Assembly (NCBI GenBank): GCA_029565065.1
Contig: JAKQOW010000032.1
Coordinates: 52,102 to 116,101, forward strand
Origin: Acidobacteriota bacterium
GTDB lineage: Bacteria > Acidobacteriota > JAAYUB01
DNA length: 64,000 nucleotides
Direction: 5' to 3'
Shown here: in pieces, positions 9,501 through 17,637 of the stretch
Position numbering within the stretch: the first letter of the stretch is position 1
Layout of the letters: each line of letters begins with the position of its first letter
The notes under the pieces: generated by a model
What the model saw: only the letters and a program-made list of their open reading frames with translations
Databases searched by the model: none
Told to the model about the DNA's origin: nothing
Program-made: the position numbers and the translations under genes

Positions 9501-10280
9501 GGCGGCAAGGATGTCCTCGATTCGGGCGAGATGGACATTCAGCCCCCGACCCGCCTTGTGATCAGCCAGTTCCTGGAAGCTGGCTTCCAGCGCCGCGTTC
9601 GTCACGATCAGGTACTCCCACGCCGTGTCCAGCGTTTTCGCCTCCGGCGGGGCGTAGCCGTCCAGCGCCGCGGGATTGTCCACGAGCGCGGCCACTTCCG
9701 CCCGGTCATCCGCCAGCGGGCGTCGCATCGGCGCGGCCTTGGCCCGCGGCTCCGGCGCCAGCGTGAGCACGAGCCGCATCCGGGGGATGAACTGCAGCTC
9801 GCCGGCGGCCGGGTAGTACACCACCGGATGCAGCGTGAAGAGGGCGACCGGATACCCCTTGAGCCACTGCACGCCGGCCGCCGCGGCGCGGGCGTCGGGA
9901 AACGGCCCGGGCGCGCCGTAGATCCGTGGATCGGGCGCCACCGGTTCGGCGCCGGCCCCCGCCGTGGGGAACAGGCCGGGACAATGGGAAACCCGGACCG
10001 GCCGACCCAATACTTCCGGCACCTCGGTCTTGAGGTCGAAGCTCACCAGGCGGTGTCCCGCGGGGAGGAGCACCCGCCCGGTAAACACCGGCAGCATGGG
10101 CTGGCCGGGTTCCAGCGAATCCGGGCAACCGGCGACCCGAACGTCCACCCGGCCGTCCGGGCGCCGCTCCAGCCGCGGCCTTTCGAAGCGGTATTCCAGC
10201 ACGAGTTCCTCCGCGGCCATCCAAGCCGCGGCGAGAAACAGCAGGACCAGCGCACCCGACATCCGTCTCATGGACACCAT
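6558..10280 (-). CDS. secreted gingipain-like cysteine peptidase (family C25) with a C-terminal dockerin-type domain
   Basis: Signal peptide, then a C25 propeptide-like region. The catalytic region has a His in IVNHLGHANSTY and a Cys in FFVYSQGCYPGNF. It is followed by about 600 aa of β-rich accessory domains. The C-terminal 60 aa contain two Ca-binding repeats, DLDGDGRSDARDLSLLLHLV and DLNRSGVLDALDCRLLAARL, of dockerin type. Confidence 0.75.
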   Translation of the reverse strand: MVSMRRMSGALVLLFLAAAWMAAEELVLEYRFERPRLERRPDGRVDVRVAGCPDSLEPGQPMLPVFTGRVLLPAGHRLVSFDLKTEVPEVLGRPVRVSHCPGLFPTAGAGAEPVAPDPRIYGAPGPFPDARAAAAGVQWLKGYPVALFTLHPVVYYPAAGELQFIPRMRLVLTLAPEPRAKAAPMRRPLADDRAEVAALVDNPAALDGYAPPEAKTLDTAWEYLIVTNAALEASFQELADHKAGRGLNVHLARIEDILAATPGTDNAHKLRTFITTGYQSHGTRWVVLGGDSEIIPWRGAYGKVGDTVDAAIPTDLYFAALDGDWNANGNGLYGEPADETDLFAEVAVGRIAASSPTEATTQIQKIIAYENSAPPFRALLLGEKLDDQTWGGDSKDVVYGAMAGIPAERLYDAPGAEWSADTLIDTCFNTDDTHIVNHLGHANSTYCLKLYNSDISRLTNTRPFFVYSQGCYPGNFVYDVCFAERMTVGTTAAAFAVVMNTRYGWYASGGTNGTSNVFDHEYMRSVFEQFRHNLGLALNESRQRLAGLAGDGSYRWIYFETTLFGCPETALHWTCTPTAVRLAPDQPAGGFIVMDGDDVTLRAVVGTDCAEPVDQPHVTARVVDAAGTRTYTLRDNGEGADLLADDGMFTGRWVPTGPSSAEITYSASAPGLTADQEVVPGEVVERMDYLMLTQDPAWIEPTGGTAVLAGQDDAGAVVPIGFPFKFYGKTYEQVLISTNGLLRFADAYDWDAGNAQIPRPENPNAVIAALWTDLDLTKPGSVIRHRVDGQPPHRLFVVSWLNVAHYNKVGAVTFQIALEESTHKIHLNYQDTEFGDPAYDFGADATVGIEDYNGTKGIQFACREPVVEPGFSLCFMPVVGPVVVPTDWQFWGGDGDGIPEPGETVTMQLTLQNIGTSPAMDVTASLAAVMPEVQIDPAACNHSTLAVGAVAACEFGVILDDALACGAHLDWQLTIECWNEAGDALQWEQPMTLTAGEEVDRITFADDVEAGASGWSHVLDQGMTDWSTVAGWSHSPVTSWFTSAEDNVKDNSLLSPWFEVPEGAALTFWHDYDLETESDGGVLEIRTATEPWTDLGPVMSTGGYTHELDFFLLNPLGRRAAWSGDSQGFIQTRVDLDAYGGRRVQIRFRLGCDLLVGSGGWYVDDVRISGREFRCVLEPDGDLDGDGRSDARDLSLLLHLVVGNLAPGAPPCLRPDMGDLNRSGVLDALDCRLLAARLAE

Positions 10281-10416
10281 CCTGTCGGCGACATGGCATC
10301 ATTGTAAGCCATACGCCGCCGGGGCGCACAACAATTCATGCCAGAGAAAACCGCGAGGAGGCGGGCGATTGCTCTCCGCGCCACCCCCACGCGCTGCCGT
10401 CGGTTGCGGCCGGCCG

Positions 10417-11772
10417 TCAGAACCGGTAGATGAACGTGCCCTGGGCGCGGACGCTCTGGCCCTCGTTCAAGTCGATGTAGCGGGTCCACCAGGGCGAGAC
10501 TTCCAGACCCACCTGGACCGCGCTGGTGATGCTGTAGTAGAAATTGCCGAACAGCGCCATGTTGCGCGAGCGGTTGCCGGAGGCCAGGTCGCGGTTGACC
10601 GGGTCGTCCACGGCGCCGCCCAGGTTGAACTTCCAACCCTTCCACGGACCGAAGCCCACAGCGGCCCAGCCGCCGATGCTGCGGATCTCGTTGAGCCGAG
10701 CCTTGTTGAAGCCCTGCCCCACCGCCGCCAGGTAGGTGTCGACATTGGCGCCGCGCCAGAACTCGCCCTGCAGCGTCACGCCCTTGGCCAGCGGCAGCTG
10801 GGCGTCCAGACCCCATGAATACGTGTCGAGGTCCACACTGTTGCCGGCGGCGTCCAGGTCGTACTCCTCCTGGCCCCAGTGGCCGTACACGCCCACCGTC
10901 GCCTTGCGCTTCTCGCCGAAGGGCAGCGTCAGCGCCAGCCGGCTCTGGACGGTAGGGAAGCCGGCGTCCTCGCCACCGTCGCCCGGATCGTAACCGGAGG
11001 TGTGGCCGATGGTCCGGACGAACGCGCCCTGGAGCTGCAGCTTGGTGTCGCCGCCCAGATCGAATCCCTTGGTCAGCCGGAACTGCGGCCGGCGGTAGCC
11101 CGGATTGCCGGTCCACCACATCACGGTGTAGTTGATGGTGTCGGGCAGTAGCGGCGCGATCACGTCCGAGGTCTGGCCGGCCAGCAGGCTGAAGTCATGC
11201 TCCGGCCACTCCAGCTTCACGAACGCGTGGCGCAGCATCGGCTGGGGCTTGTTCTCGCCGCCCTCCAGGCTGTAGAAGTCGATCTCGACGTTGCCGGTGG
11301 TCTTGATCGATCCGGTGGCCGGCCCGTTGATGTTGAGCCCCACCCGGGTCTGGTTGGCGGTCATGTTGAACTCGTCGTCCTTGCCGCCGGGGCCCTCGGG
11401 CAGCACCCACCGGGCGAAGTCGCCCACGTCGGTCCGGGCGGTGTCGTAGGCGGCGTCCAGCTTGACGAAGCCGTACAGCTCCACCGCCGGTTTCTTTTTG
11501 GCCGCCGCTTCGTCAGCTTTCGCGACGGCAGCCGGGGCCGGCGCCGGAGCGGGGGTCGGGGCGGGCGCGGGAGCCGGGGCGGCCGCCGGCTCGCGGAGCG
11601 CCAGCTGGCGCACCTCCGCAATCGCCACCTCGAGCTGGCGGATCTTTTCCCGCAGCTCCATGTTCTCTTTCTTGAGCGCCTGGAGCTCGTCCTGCACGGA
11701 GGCTCCCTGGCCCAGCACACAGCCGGCGGCGAGGCACAGCCACACTCCGGCGATGATGAGGGGATTACGCAT
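10417..11772 (-). CDS. outer-membrane porin with an N-terminal coiled-coil (DcaP-like)
   Basis: Signal peptide, then a heptad coiled-coil (LQALKKENMELREKIRQLEVAIAEVRQL), then a PAPAPAPTPAPAPAPA linker, then about 330 aa of alternating amphipathic β-strands ending GTFIYRF (C-terminal Phe). An AAGGAG Shine-Dalgarno precedes the ATG. Confidence 0.7.
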   Translation of the reverse strand: MRNPLIIAGVWLCLAAGCVLGQGASVQDELQALKKENMELREKIRQLEVAIAEVRQLALREPAAAPAPAPAPTPAPAPAPAAVAKADEAAAKKKPAVELYGFVKLDAAYDTARTDVGDFARWVLPEGPGGKDDEFNMTANQTRVGLNINGPATGSIKTTGNVEIDFYSLEGGENKPQPMLRHAFVKLEWPEHDFSLLAGQTSDVIAPLLPDTINYTVMWWTGNPGYRRPQFRLTKGFDLGGDTKLQLQGAFVRTIGHTSGYDPGDGGEDAGFPTVQSRLALTLPFGEKRKATVGVYGHWGQEEYDLDAAGNSVDLDTYSWGLDAQLPLAKGVTLQGEFWRGANVDTYLAAVGQGFNKARLNEIRSIGGWAAVGFGPWKGWKFNLGGAVDDPVNRDLASGNRSRNMALFGNFYYSITSAVQVGLEVSPWWTRYIDLNEGQSVRAQGTFIYRF

Positions 11773-12779
11773 GGCGGATACTCCTTATCGATATTTGAAT
11801 CTCTTCATTCCTGTCGTCGGCCCGTCCGAACAACATGGCGGAAGAACATTCCGATCGGTCACAATCGGAGGGTGCATTATGAGATCGTCTGCGGGTCCGA
11901 TATTCACTATCCAGAAGGCCGATGCCCTGACCGGCCAGCCACTCAGGGTCATGCTTGAACGCGCCATCGAGGACGGGCAAACCTCGGCATTGTAATCCAA
12001 CCGCAACCGGCGGGGTTCGGCAGCATCGAGCTTCGTCTGGTCGCGGATGACCGCCGTCCCGGTCCCGACCGCGATGACCGGGTGTTGACCTGCGGTGCGG
12101 GAGCCGGAGATGCAGAGGCCGCCGAGAGCGGGATCACCCGGATCGAATTGTCGGCGTCGATCGCCGCGTGCATGGATTTCTGCAGGAGGAGGTTTTCCTT
12201 ACGCGTGCACGCGGCCGAGGCAAACACCCTGGCATCATCAGGTCCGGGCTCTAACTGGAACCGTCCGGGTGCGCCGGCGACGCGGTCCGGCGCCTTGACT
12301 CCCACATGGCGGAAACCGATGCACCGTCTGTGCGGATCAGCGACTGAGCCGGGCGATCGGAACACTGGACGCAACTGAACCCGGACCGGCCCATGTCGCG
12401 CAGTTGCCCTTCGATGAGGCCGCCTGGAGTGTCCCCGGCTCTGATCATCTGGCCGTAGATGCGGTCATGATCCCTTTCCGCTAAGAATGCATTCAAAGAT
12501 CCCCCGGCGCATCGCCGCGATCCCCGGAGTCACCGTCACAAGCTGCAGCCCGACGGTTGCCACTTCAGCACAGGCAGTCTGGATCATCGTCTCGTTGACC
12601 CGGACCGGGCAGATGCGGCGGGCGCCCGTTCGGCGGAGCCGACGGCGGCAGCAAAGCACAGGCATACGCGCCCTCGGTGTCCGCGCCGCGGCGGAGATGG
12701 TCAGCCAGCGCTGGCTCGCCGCCTCCCGGCGGGTGCACGTGATTCTGATGGCTGGCATGGTCTGGCGCCATCATGGACG

Positions 12780-13166
12780 TCATTTCAAGATCTGACGGAC
12801 GGTTTCGATCAGCTTCTTGGGGGGAATCGGCTTTTCCAGAAAAATGTTCACCGGCCACGGCCGGTCGGTGATGTATTGGAACGTCTCCCCGTAATCGGGT
12901 GATTGGGACATCGCCGTCAGCATGACAATGGGGATTTCGCGCGTGGCCGGATCGCCCCGCAGCTCGTAGGCGAGGTCGAAGCCGTCGGTCTGGGTGTTCA
13001 TCATCACGTCCAGCAGGATCAGATCCGGGGGCTTCTGCAAGATTCGTTCCTTGGCCGCCTGCCGATTGCCGGCGGAACTGACTTCATATCCCTCGGCCTT
13101 GAGGGCGATCGAAACCACCGCCACCAGATCCGGATCGTCGTCGACAATCAGAATTTCTTGAGCCAT
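12780..13166 (-). CDS. single-domain response regulator (CheY-like receiver)
   Basis: ILIVDDDPD acidic pocket, a phospho-acceptor Asp in LILLDVMM, and a conserved Lys in EKPI. 128 aa with no output domain. Confidence 0.85.
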   Translation of the reverse strand: MAQEILIVDDDPDLVAVVSIALKAEGYEVSSAGNRQAAKERILQKPPDLILLDVMMNTQTDGFDLAYELRGDPATREIPIVMLTAMSQSPDYGETFQYITDRPWPVNIFLEKPIPPKKLIETVRQILK

Positions 13167-13229
13167 GACACAGCACGCTCCCGAAAAAAAATGACGGTGC
13201 CGGGCAGTGGGCCCGGCACCGTTCGATGA

Positions 13230-14624
13230 TCAGGCGGATTTCGGGGTTTCGGCGGCGGGCGTCAGCTTGGTGTCGTTGAGCAACAGCGAGAACACCAGGC
13301 CCACCGCAAGGAACGCGGCTCCGGTGTAGAACGAGTAGGTGGCTGCGTTCTCAGCGAACTTATCCTTGATGAGCGCGAAAATCTGCGGTCCGACGATGCC
13401 GGCAGCGGACCAGGCGGTCAGGATCACCCCGTAGACTTTGGGCATCAGCTTGGCGCCGTACACGTCCCCAACGAAGGCGGGCATGGTACCGAAGCCGCCA
13501 CCGTAGCACAGCAAGACGTAGCAGACCAGGATGCCGAAGATCCACGGATTGCTTGTGAACACCATGAAGATGAACGCAACGATCTGGGTGGCCAGCAGCA
13601 GGCGGAACACGTTGGTCCGGCCCAGCTTGTCGGACAGGCCGCCCCAGAGGAACCGGCCGAACCCGTTGAACAGCGAGCTGATGGCGATCAGAGTCGCACC
13701 GACGGCGGCCAGGGAGGCAACCGCTGCGGCGATGGTTTCGGCCGATGCGCCGGCGGCCTCCAGCGCCTTGACGTTGAGGGCGCTGTCCGCCTTCGCCACG
13801 ATGTCCTGCATGAGCGGCGACTGGAGCGAGATCACGGCGATGCCGGCGCAGATATTGCAGAAGAAGACGATCCACATCATGATGAACTTGCCCGAGAGCA
13901 GGTAGCGGGACAGGGGCGCGGTGGGCGCCGCAGCGTCGGCGGCGGCCTTGGCCGCGCCGCCCGGCGGATTGTAGCCCGCCGGCACAAAACCGGCCGGCGG
14001 ATTCTTCAGGAACGCCGCAAAGATCACGCACAGCACCAGGAACGCCACGCCCAGGTACAGGAAGACCTGGACCAGGTTGCCGCCGGTGAATCCCATCAGG
14101 AAGGGCGCGAACACCTTGGACATGATCAGGGCGCCGAAGCCGAAGCCCATGACCACCATGCCGGTCACCAGCCCCTTCTTGTCGGGAAACCACTTGGCCG
14201 CGGTGGCCACCGGCGTCACGTAGCCGAGGCCGAGACCGCTTCCGCCGATGACGCCGTAGCCCAGCAGCAGCAGCGGCAGTGAATGCTGGCTCAGGGCGAA
14301 CCCACCGATCAGGTACCCCAGGCCGAACAGGATACCGCCGGTGACAGCCAGCTTGGTGGGGCCGAACTTGGCCAGGTTGATGCCGCCCCAGGCGGCAGCC
14401 AGACCCAGGAAGCAGATGGCGAGATTGAACGCCCACATCACCTGGGAGTTGCTCCAGCTATAGGTGGCGACGAGCGGCTTTTGAAAAAAGCTCCAGGCAT
14501 AGACGGTGCCCAGCAGGACCATCAGCAGGGTGCCCATGATGGCCACCAGCCAGCGGTTGGGGGTGGATGCGGTTGTATTCAAGCTATTTCCCTCAAAGCA
14601 GAGATTGTTCCGGCTATTCGTCAT
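13230..14624 (-). CDS. MFS transporter, oxalate/formate antiporter (OFA) family
   Basis: Twelve predicted transmembrane helices. The N-terminus RWLVAIMGTLLMVLLGTVYAWSFF is typical of OFA-family MFS proteins. Confidence 0.85.
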   Translation of the reverse strand: MTNSRNNLCFEGNSLNTTASTPNRWLVAIMGTLLMVLLGTVYAWSFFQKPLVATYSWSNSQVMWAFNLAICFLGLAAAWGGINLAKFGPTKLAVTGGILFGLGYLIGGFALSQHSLPLLLLGYGVIGGSGLGLGYVTPVATAAKWFPDKKGLVTGMVVMGFGFGALIMSKVFAPFLMGFTGGNLVQVFLYLGVAFLVLCVIFAAFLKNPPAGFVPAGYNPPGGAAKAAADAAAPTAPLSRYLLSGKFIMMWIVFFCNICAGIAVISLQSPLMQDIVAKADSALNVKALEAAGASAETIAAAVASLAAVGATLIAISSLFNGFGRFLWGGLSDKLGRTNVFRLLLATQIVAFIFMVFTSNPWIFGILVCYVLLCYGGGFGTMPAFVGDVYGAKLMPKVYGVILTAWSAAGIVGPQIFALIKDKFAENAATYSFYTGAAFLAVGLVFSLLLNDTKLTPAAETPKSA

Positions 14625-14913
14625 CGCATTGTTGTTCGGAGCGCGCTATTTTATGAAATTAACGCCCGGGACACAAGCGGATTTGTGGAATATTCTACTT
14701 CTCATGTAAGGATCCAAATCTCGTGGCGACCGGGCGACGCGGCCAATGCACAGCTGCCGTTCAGGAGGTCACGGTTCAACCACAGTGTCACACACCCCCC
14801 GCCTCCTGATCCAAACGTCCCGCCTGCATGCGGCGATTGCCGGATTGCGCCCCGCGGGGAACGTTCCGCCCATGTTCAACGTTCGGCAGTGCGGGCGGAA
14901 GCGGGCAGGCTAT

Positions 14914-16674
14914 CTAAGGAAGAACAGGGGCGGATGGGGCGGACTCCGGCGGCTGGTTGGTCACCAGGCACAGCGGGTTGGCGTACATGCCGGGGATCAT
15001 GTCGCCCAGCGAACGGGCCCGGATCGACAAGAACGGCCGCTCCGCCAGAACCCGATAGGGGATGCCTGCCTGCTCCAGCACCGCCAGCTTGTCTTTGCGC
15101 ATGAGACAGTAGATGGGCTGTCGGCGACTGAAGAAATTGTGGATCTCGCCGTCATAAAACAACTCGAGGATGGGCCGGCGGGTGTAGTAACAGAGCGAGG
15201 GCAGCGCCGTGGCAAAATACGCCACGTAATCATCGGGCCGGGCGCGTTCGTTGATCATCGCGGCCAGTTGGGGCACCTGCCTGTATTTTTCCAGAGCTGG
15301 AATCACCTCGTACACCAGAAACAGGCAGGCTACATACATCCCGGCGATCGGCAGCGCCAGAGCCGCCCGCCACCGGCGGCCGCCCGCCCAGATCCAGCCG
15401 AGCGCCATGAGGCCCGCCATGACCGGCAGGGTGATGGTGAGCAGCAGGTGCCGGTCGAGAATCTGCCGGCCCACCACGTACGACAGCACCACGATGCCCA
15501 GGCCGAGCAGGAACACCCCCCGGAGCACCCACGGGACCCAAGCCGGCGGCCTGGCGGCTCCGGCCAGGCGACGCCCCAACCACGCCAGCGCGATCGCCGC
15601 CGCCGGATAGGAGGGCAGGATGTAATACTCCTGCTTGTTCTTGGACAGGCTGAAAAACAGGATCGGCACAGCGAACCAGATCAGGAGCAGCACGAGCCGG
15701 GACTTGTCCCACTCGTCTAGCTCCGGCCAGTGGCGGCGCCACGCCACCACTCCCGCCACGAACAGCAGGCTCCACGGCGCGAAATCAGCCATGAAAATGG
15801 GCAGGTAATAGAACGGCCCCCGCTGCGGCCCGAAATCTTCGACGGTGAAGCGGCCGAAATTCTCCACCACCAGCAGGCGGTAGATCGTCTCGACACTCAG
15901 CGTGCGGGCCAGGCCGACGTACCAGGGGAGCACGATCAGCGCGAAGGCGACGGCAGCCAGGACGACGGCGCCCCAGGGGGCCCGCGGCCACTCCCGGCGC
16001 CAGGCCAGGTACGCCGCGGCGATGATCAGGGGCAGGGCCGCCGCCACCGGTCCCTTGTCCATGAAGCCCAGGCCGAGGCAGACACCCATCCAGATCAGAT
16101 CGCGGGGACGCCGCTCCTCCAGATAGGCGTGCAGGTAGTACACCACGGCCGTCACGCAAAACAGCAGCACCATGTCGATGACGCTCCGCCGGCCCATCAC
16201 GAAAATCCGGGGGGTCAGCGCCGTGATGGCGGCGGCGGCCCAGGCGACAACCCGGCTCGCGGTCATTCGGAACGCCAGGTGCCACACCACGACCAGCGTC
16301 GCCAGGGCGAACGCGGCGATGACCAGCCGCTGCGACCATACGCTCACGCCGCCCAGGCGGTACGCGATCATCACCAGCCAGTAAGCCAGCGGCGGCTTGT
16401 TGAGGCGGGGTTGGTAGTTGAACGTGGGCACGAGGTGGGTGCCGTGCTCCATCATCTCGCGGGGCGTCTCGACGTAGAACGCCTCATTGGAATCCCAGAT
16501 ACTCGAGGTGCCCGCGTGGATCAGATAGAGGACCGCCAGCAGGGCCGCCAAGGCCAGTGCGACGGGTTTGCGCCCCAGAATATCCTCGATGTGCACGATG
16601 TGTCTCTCCACCTGGACCGGGCCGGCGGCTGTCCGGACCGGACGCCAGACCGCCACTCGTTCCGGCCGCGTCAT
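14914..16674 (-). CDS. glycosyltransferase family 39 (ArnT/PMT-like) membrane protein
   Basis: Multi-pass membrane protein. The first periplasmic loop WDSNEAFYVETPREM resembles the DE-motif region of GT39 enzymes. 586 aa. Confidence 0.75.
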   Translation of the reverse strand: MTRPERVAVWRPVRTAAGPVQVERHIVHIEDILGRKPVALALAALLAVLYLIHAGTSSIWDSNEAFYVETPREMMEHGTHLVPTFNYQPRLNKPPLAYWLVMIAYRLGGVSVWSQRLVIAAFALATLVVVWHLAFRMTASRVVAWAAAAITALTPRIFVMGRRSVIDMVLLFCVTAVVYYLHAYLEERRPRDLIWMGVCLGLGFMDKGPVAAALPLIIAAAYLAWRREWPRAPWGAVVLAAVAFALIVLPWYVGLARTLSVETIYRLLVVENFGRFTVEDFGPQRGPFYYLPIFMADFAPWSLLFVAGVVAWRRHWPELDEWDKSRLVLLLIWFAVPILFFSLSKNKQEYYILPSYPAAAIALAWLGRRLAGAARPPAWVPWVLRGVFLLGLGIVVLSYVVGRQILDRHLLLTITLPVMAGLMALGWIWAGGRRWRAALALPIAGMYVACLFLVYEVIPALEKYRQVPQLAAMINERARPDDYVAYFATALPSLCYYTRRPILELFYDGEIHNFFSRRQPIYCLMRKDKLAVLEQAGIPYRVLAERPFLSIRARSLGDMIPGMYANPLCLVTNQPPESAPSAPVLP

Positions 16675-16684
16675 ACGCCGCGGA

Positions 16685-17443
16685 TCAGAAGCTGCAGCTC
16701 AGCGTCACGCCCCCCCACAGGACATCCGCCTCGCCGTCCCAATTGATGCTGCGCAACGCCTCCTTGCTCTGCGTGGTCAGCGGAAACGAATACGCGATCT
16801 GGCCGCCCAGGCTGAACCGTTCGCCCAGGGGCACCGACAGGGCGGAGTAGAACTCCAGGTTGTAGAACTGGGTGAATGGCTCGCCGTCCGATCCGGACCC
16901 CATGACTTTGTGCCGGATGTTGAAACCCATATTGGCGCCCGTCGCCAGTTCCATATCCCGGGGCAGGGTCCAGACACGTTCCAGCGTGCCCTGCACGAAG
17001 GCGCCGTCCCCCTCATCGAAATCGTAGTAGACCGTCACCTTGGGTGACACCCACCCCTCGTGGCCGACACTGACGAACACCTCCTGGGTGGACGGATAAT
17101 TTGCGATCCAATACATGATGTAACCGGCTTCCAGCTGGAGACCCCGCCACTCCCACGCGCGTCCGACATTGAAATCGATTTCGTTGGAGTCACCACTCCC
17201 GGGTTCCAGGTTGGACCAGACGCCGGCATACCACCCGGACACATCGACCGTCACCTCCGGCTGCAGCACGACGCCCTCGCTCAGCAGTTGACCCCGCCAG
17301 AAGTAGCGGGAATAGAAGCCCATCGCGGCCTCACCCGTGACCTCGGCGGCGCTCACGACGCCGGTCGCGCCGGCGGTGAGGATCAGCGCAACGACTGCCC
17401 ATCGGGACCATGAACCCATCGTGCGTGCCGGGTGTCCGTCCAT
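16685..17443 (-). CDS. outer-membrane β-barrel protein, unknown family
   Basis: Signal peptide (cleavage near VSAAE), alternating β-strand pattern, C-terminal LSCSF (aromatic end). Start placed at the Met with an upstream GAGGTG; the alternative start is 17419. Confidence 0.6.
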   Translation of the reverse strand: MDGHPARTMGSWSRWAVVALILTAGATGVVSAAEVTGEAAMGFYSRYFWRGQLLSEGVVLQPEVTVDVSGWYAGVWSNLEPGSGDSNEIDFNVGRAWEWRGLQLEAGYIMYWIANYPSTQEVFVSVGHEGWVSPKVTVYYDFDEGDGAFVQGTLERVWTLPRDMELATGANMGFNIRHKVMGSGSDGEPFTQFYNLEFYSALSVPLGERFSLGGQIAYSFPLTTQSKEALRSINWDGEADVLWGGVTLSCSF

Positions 17444-17637
17444 GTGCACCTCGCTGTAGGGAATGCGCGCAGCATAACACCACCGGTCTATGCTGGCAAG
17501 GGTCAACGCAGCCGGCGGCCGGTGCCGATCGCGGCAACGACGCCTTTGGTCTATCGGTCCTTGCCTTCGCCGGCGCCAGTTTCTACAATACGATGACGAA
17601 TCGTCCCCGATTCAGCAATCGGCACGGAGTGTGCACC

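Noticed and set aside
7179-10307. 1042-aa ORF on the plus strand, antisense to the C25 protease gene
   Set aside because: Arg/Gly/His-rich and low-complexity, with no motifs. The minus strand carries a signal peptide, C25 catalytic motifs and a dockerin. This is a typical high-GC antisense artefact.
11480-11600. (CCG GCG/CCC GCT)n and PA-coding repeat suggestive of a CRISPR array or minisatellite
   Set aside because: The periodicity is 6 nt and in-frame within the porin linker. It has no spacer/repeat structure.
11780-12000. Possible cobalamin riboswitch upstream of the porin gene (a GCCACTC-like string at ~11950)
   Set aside because: The B12-box-like string is on the plus strand, whereas the porin leader is on the minus strand. 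The core GCCACTG / GGGAAGG elements are not present in the right orientation or order.
12231-12290. RNase P RNA-like GUCCGGGCUC string
   Set aside because: The other universally conserved RNase P blocks (GGUAAGAGCGCACC, ACAGAACCCGGCUUA) are absent from the region.
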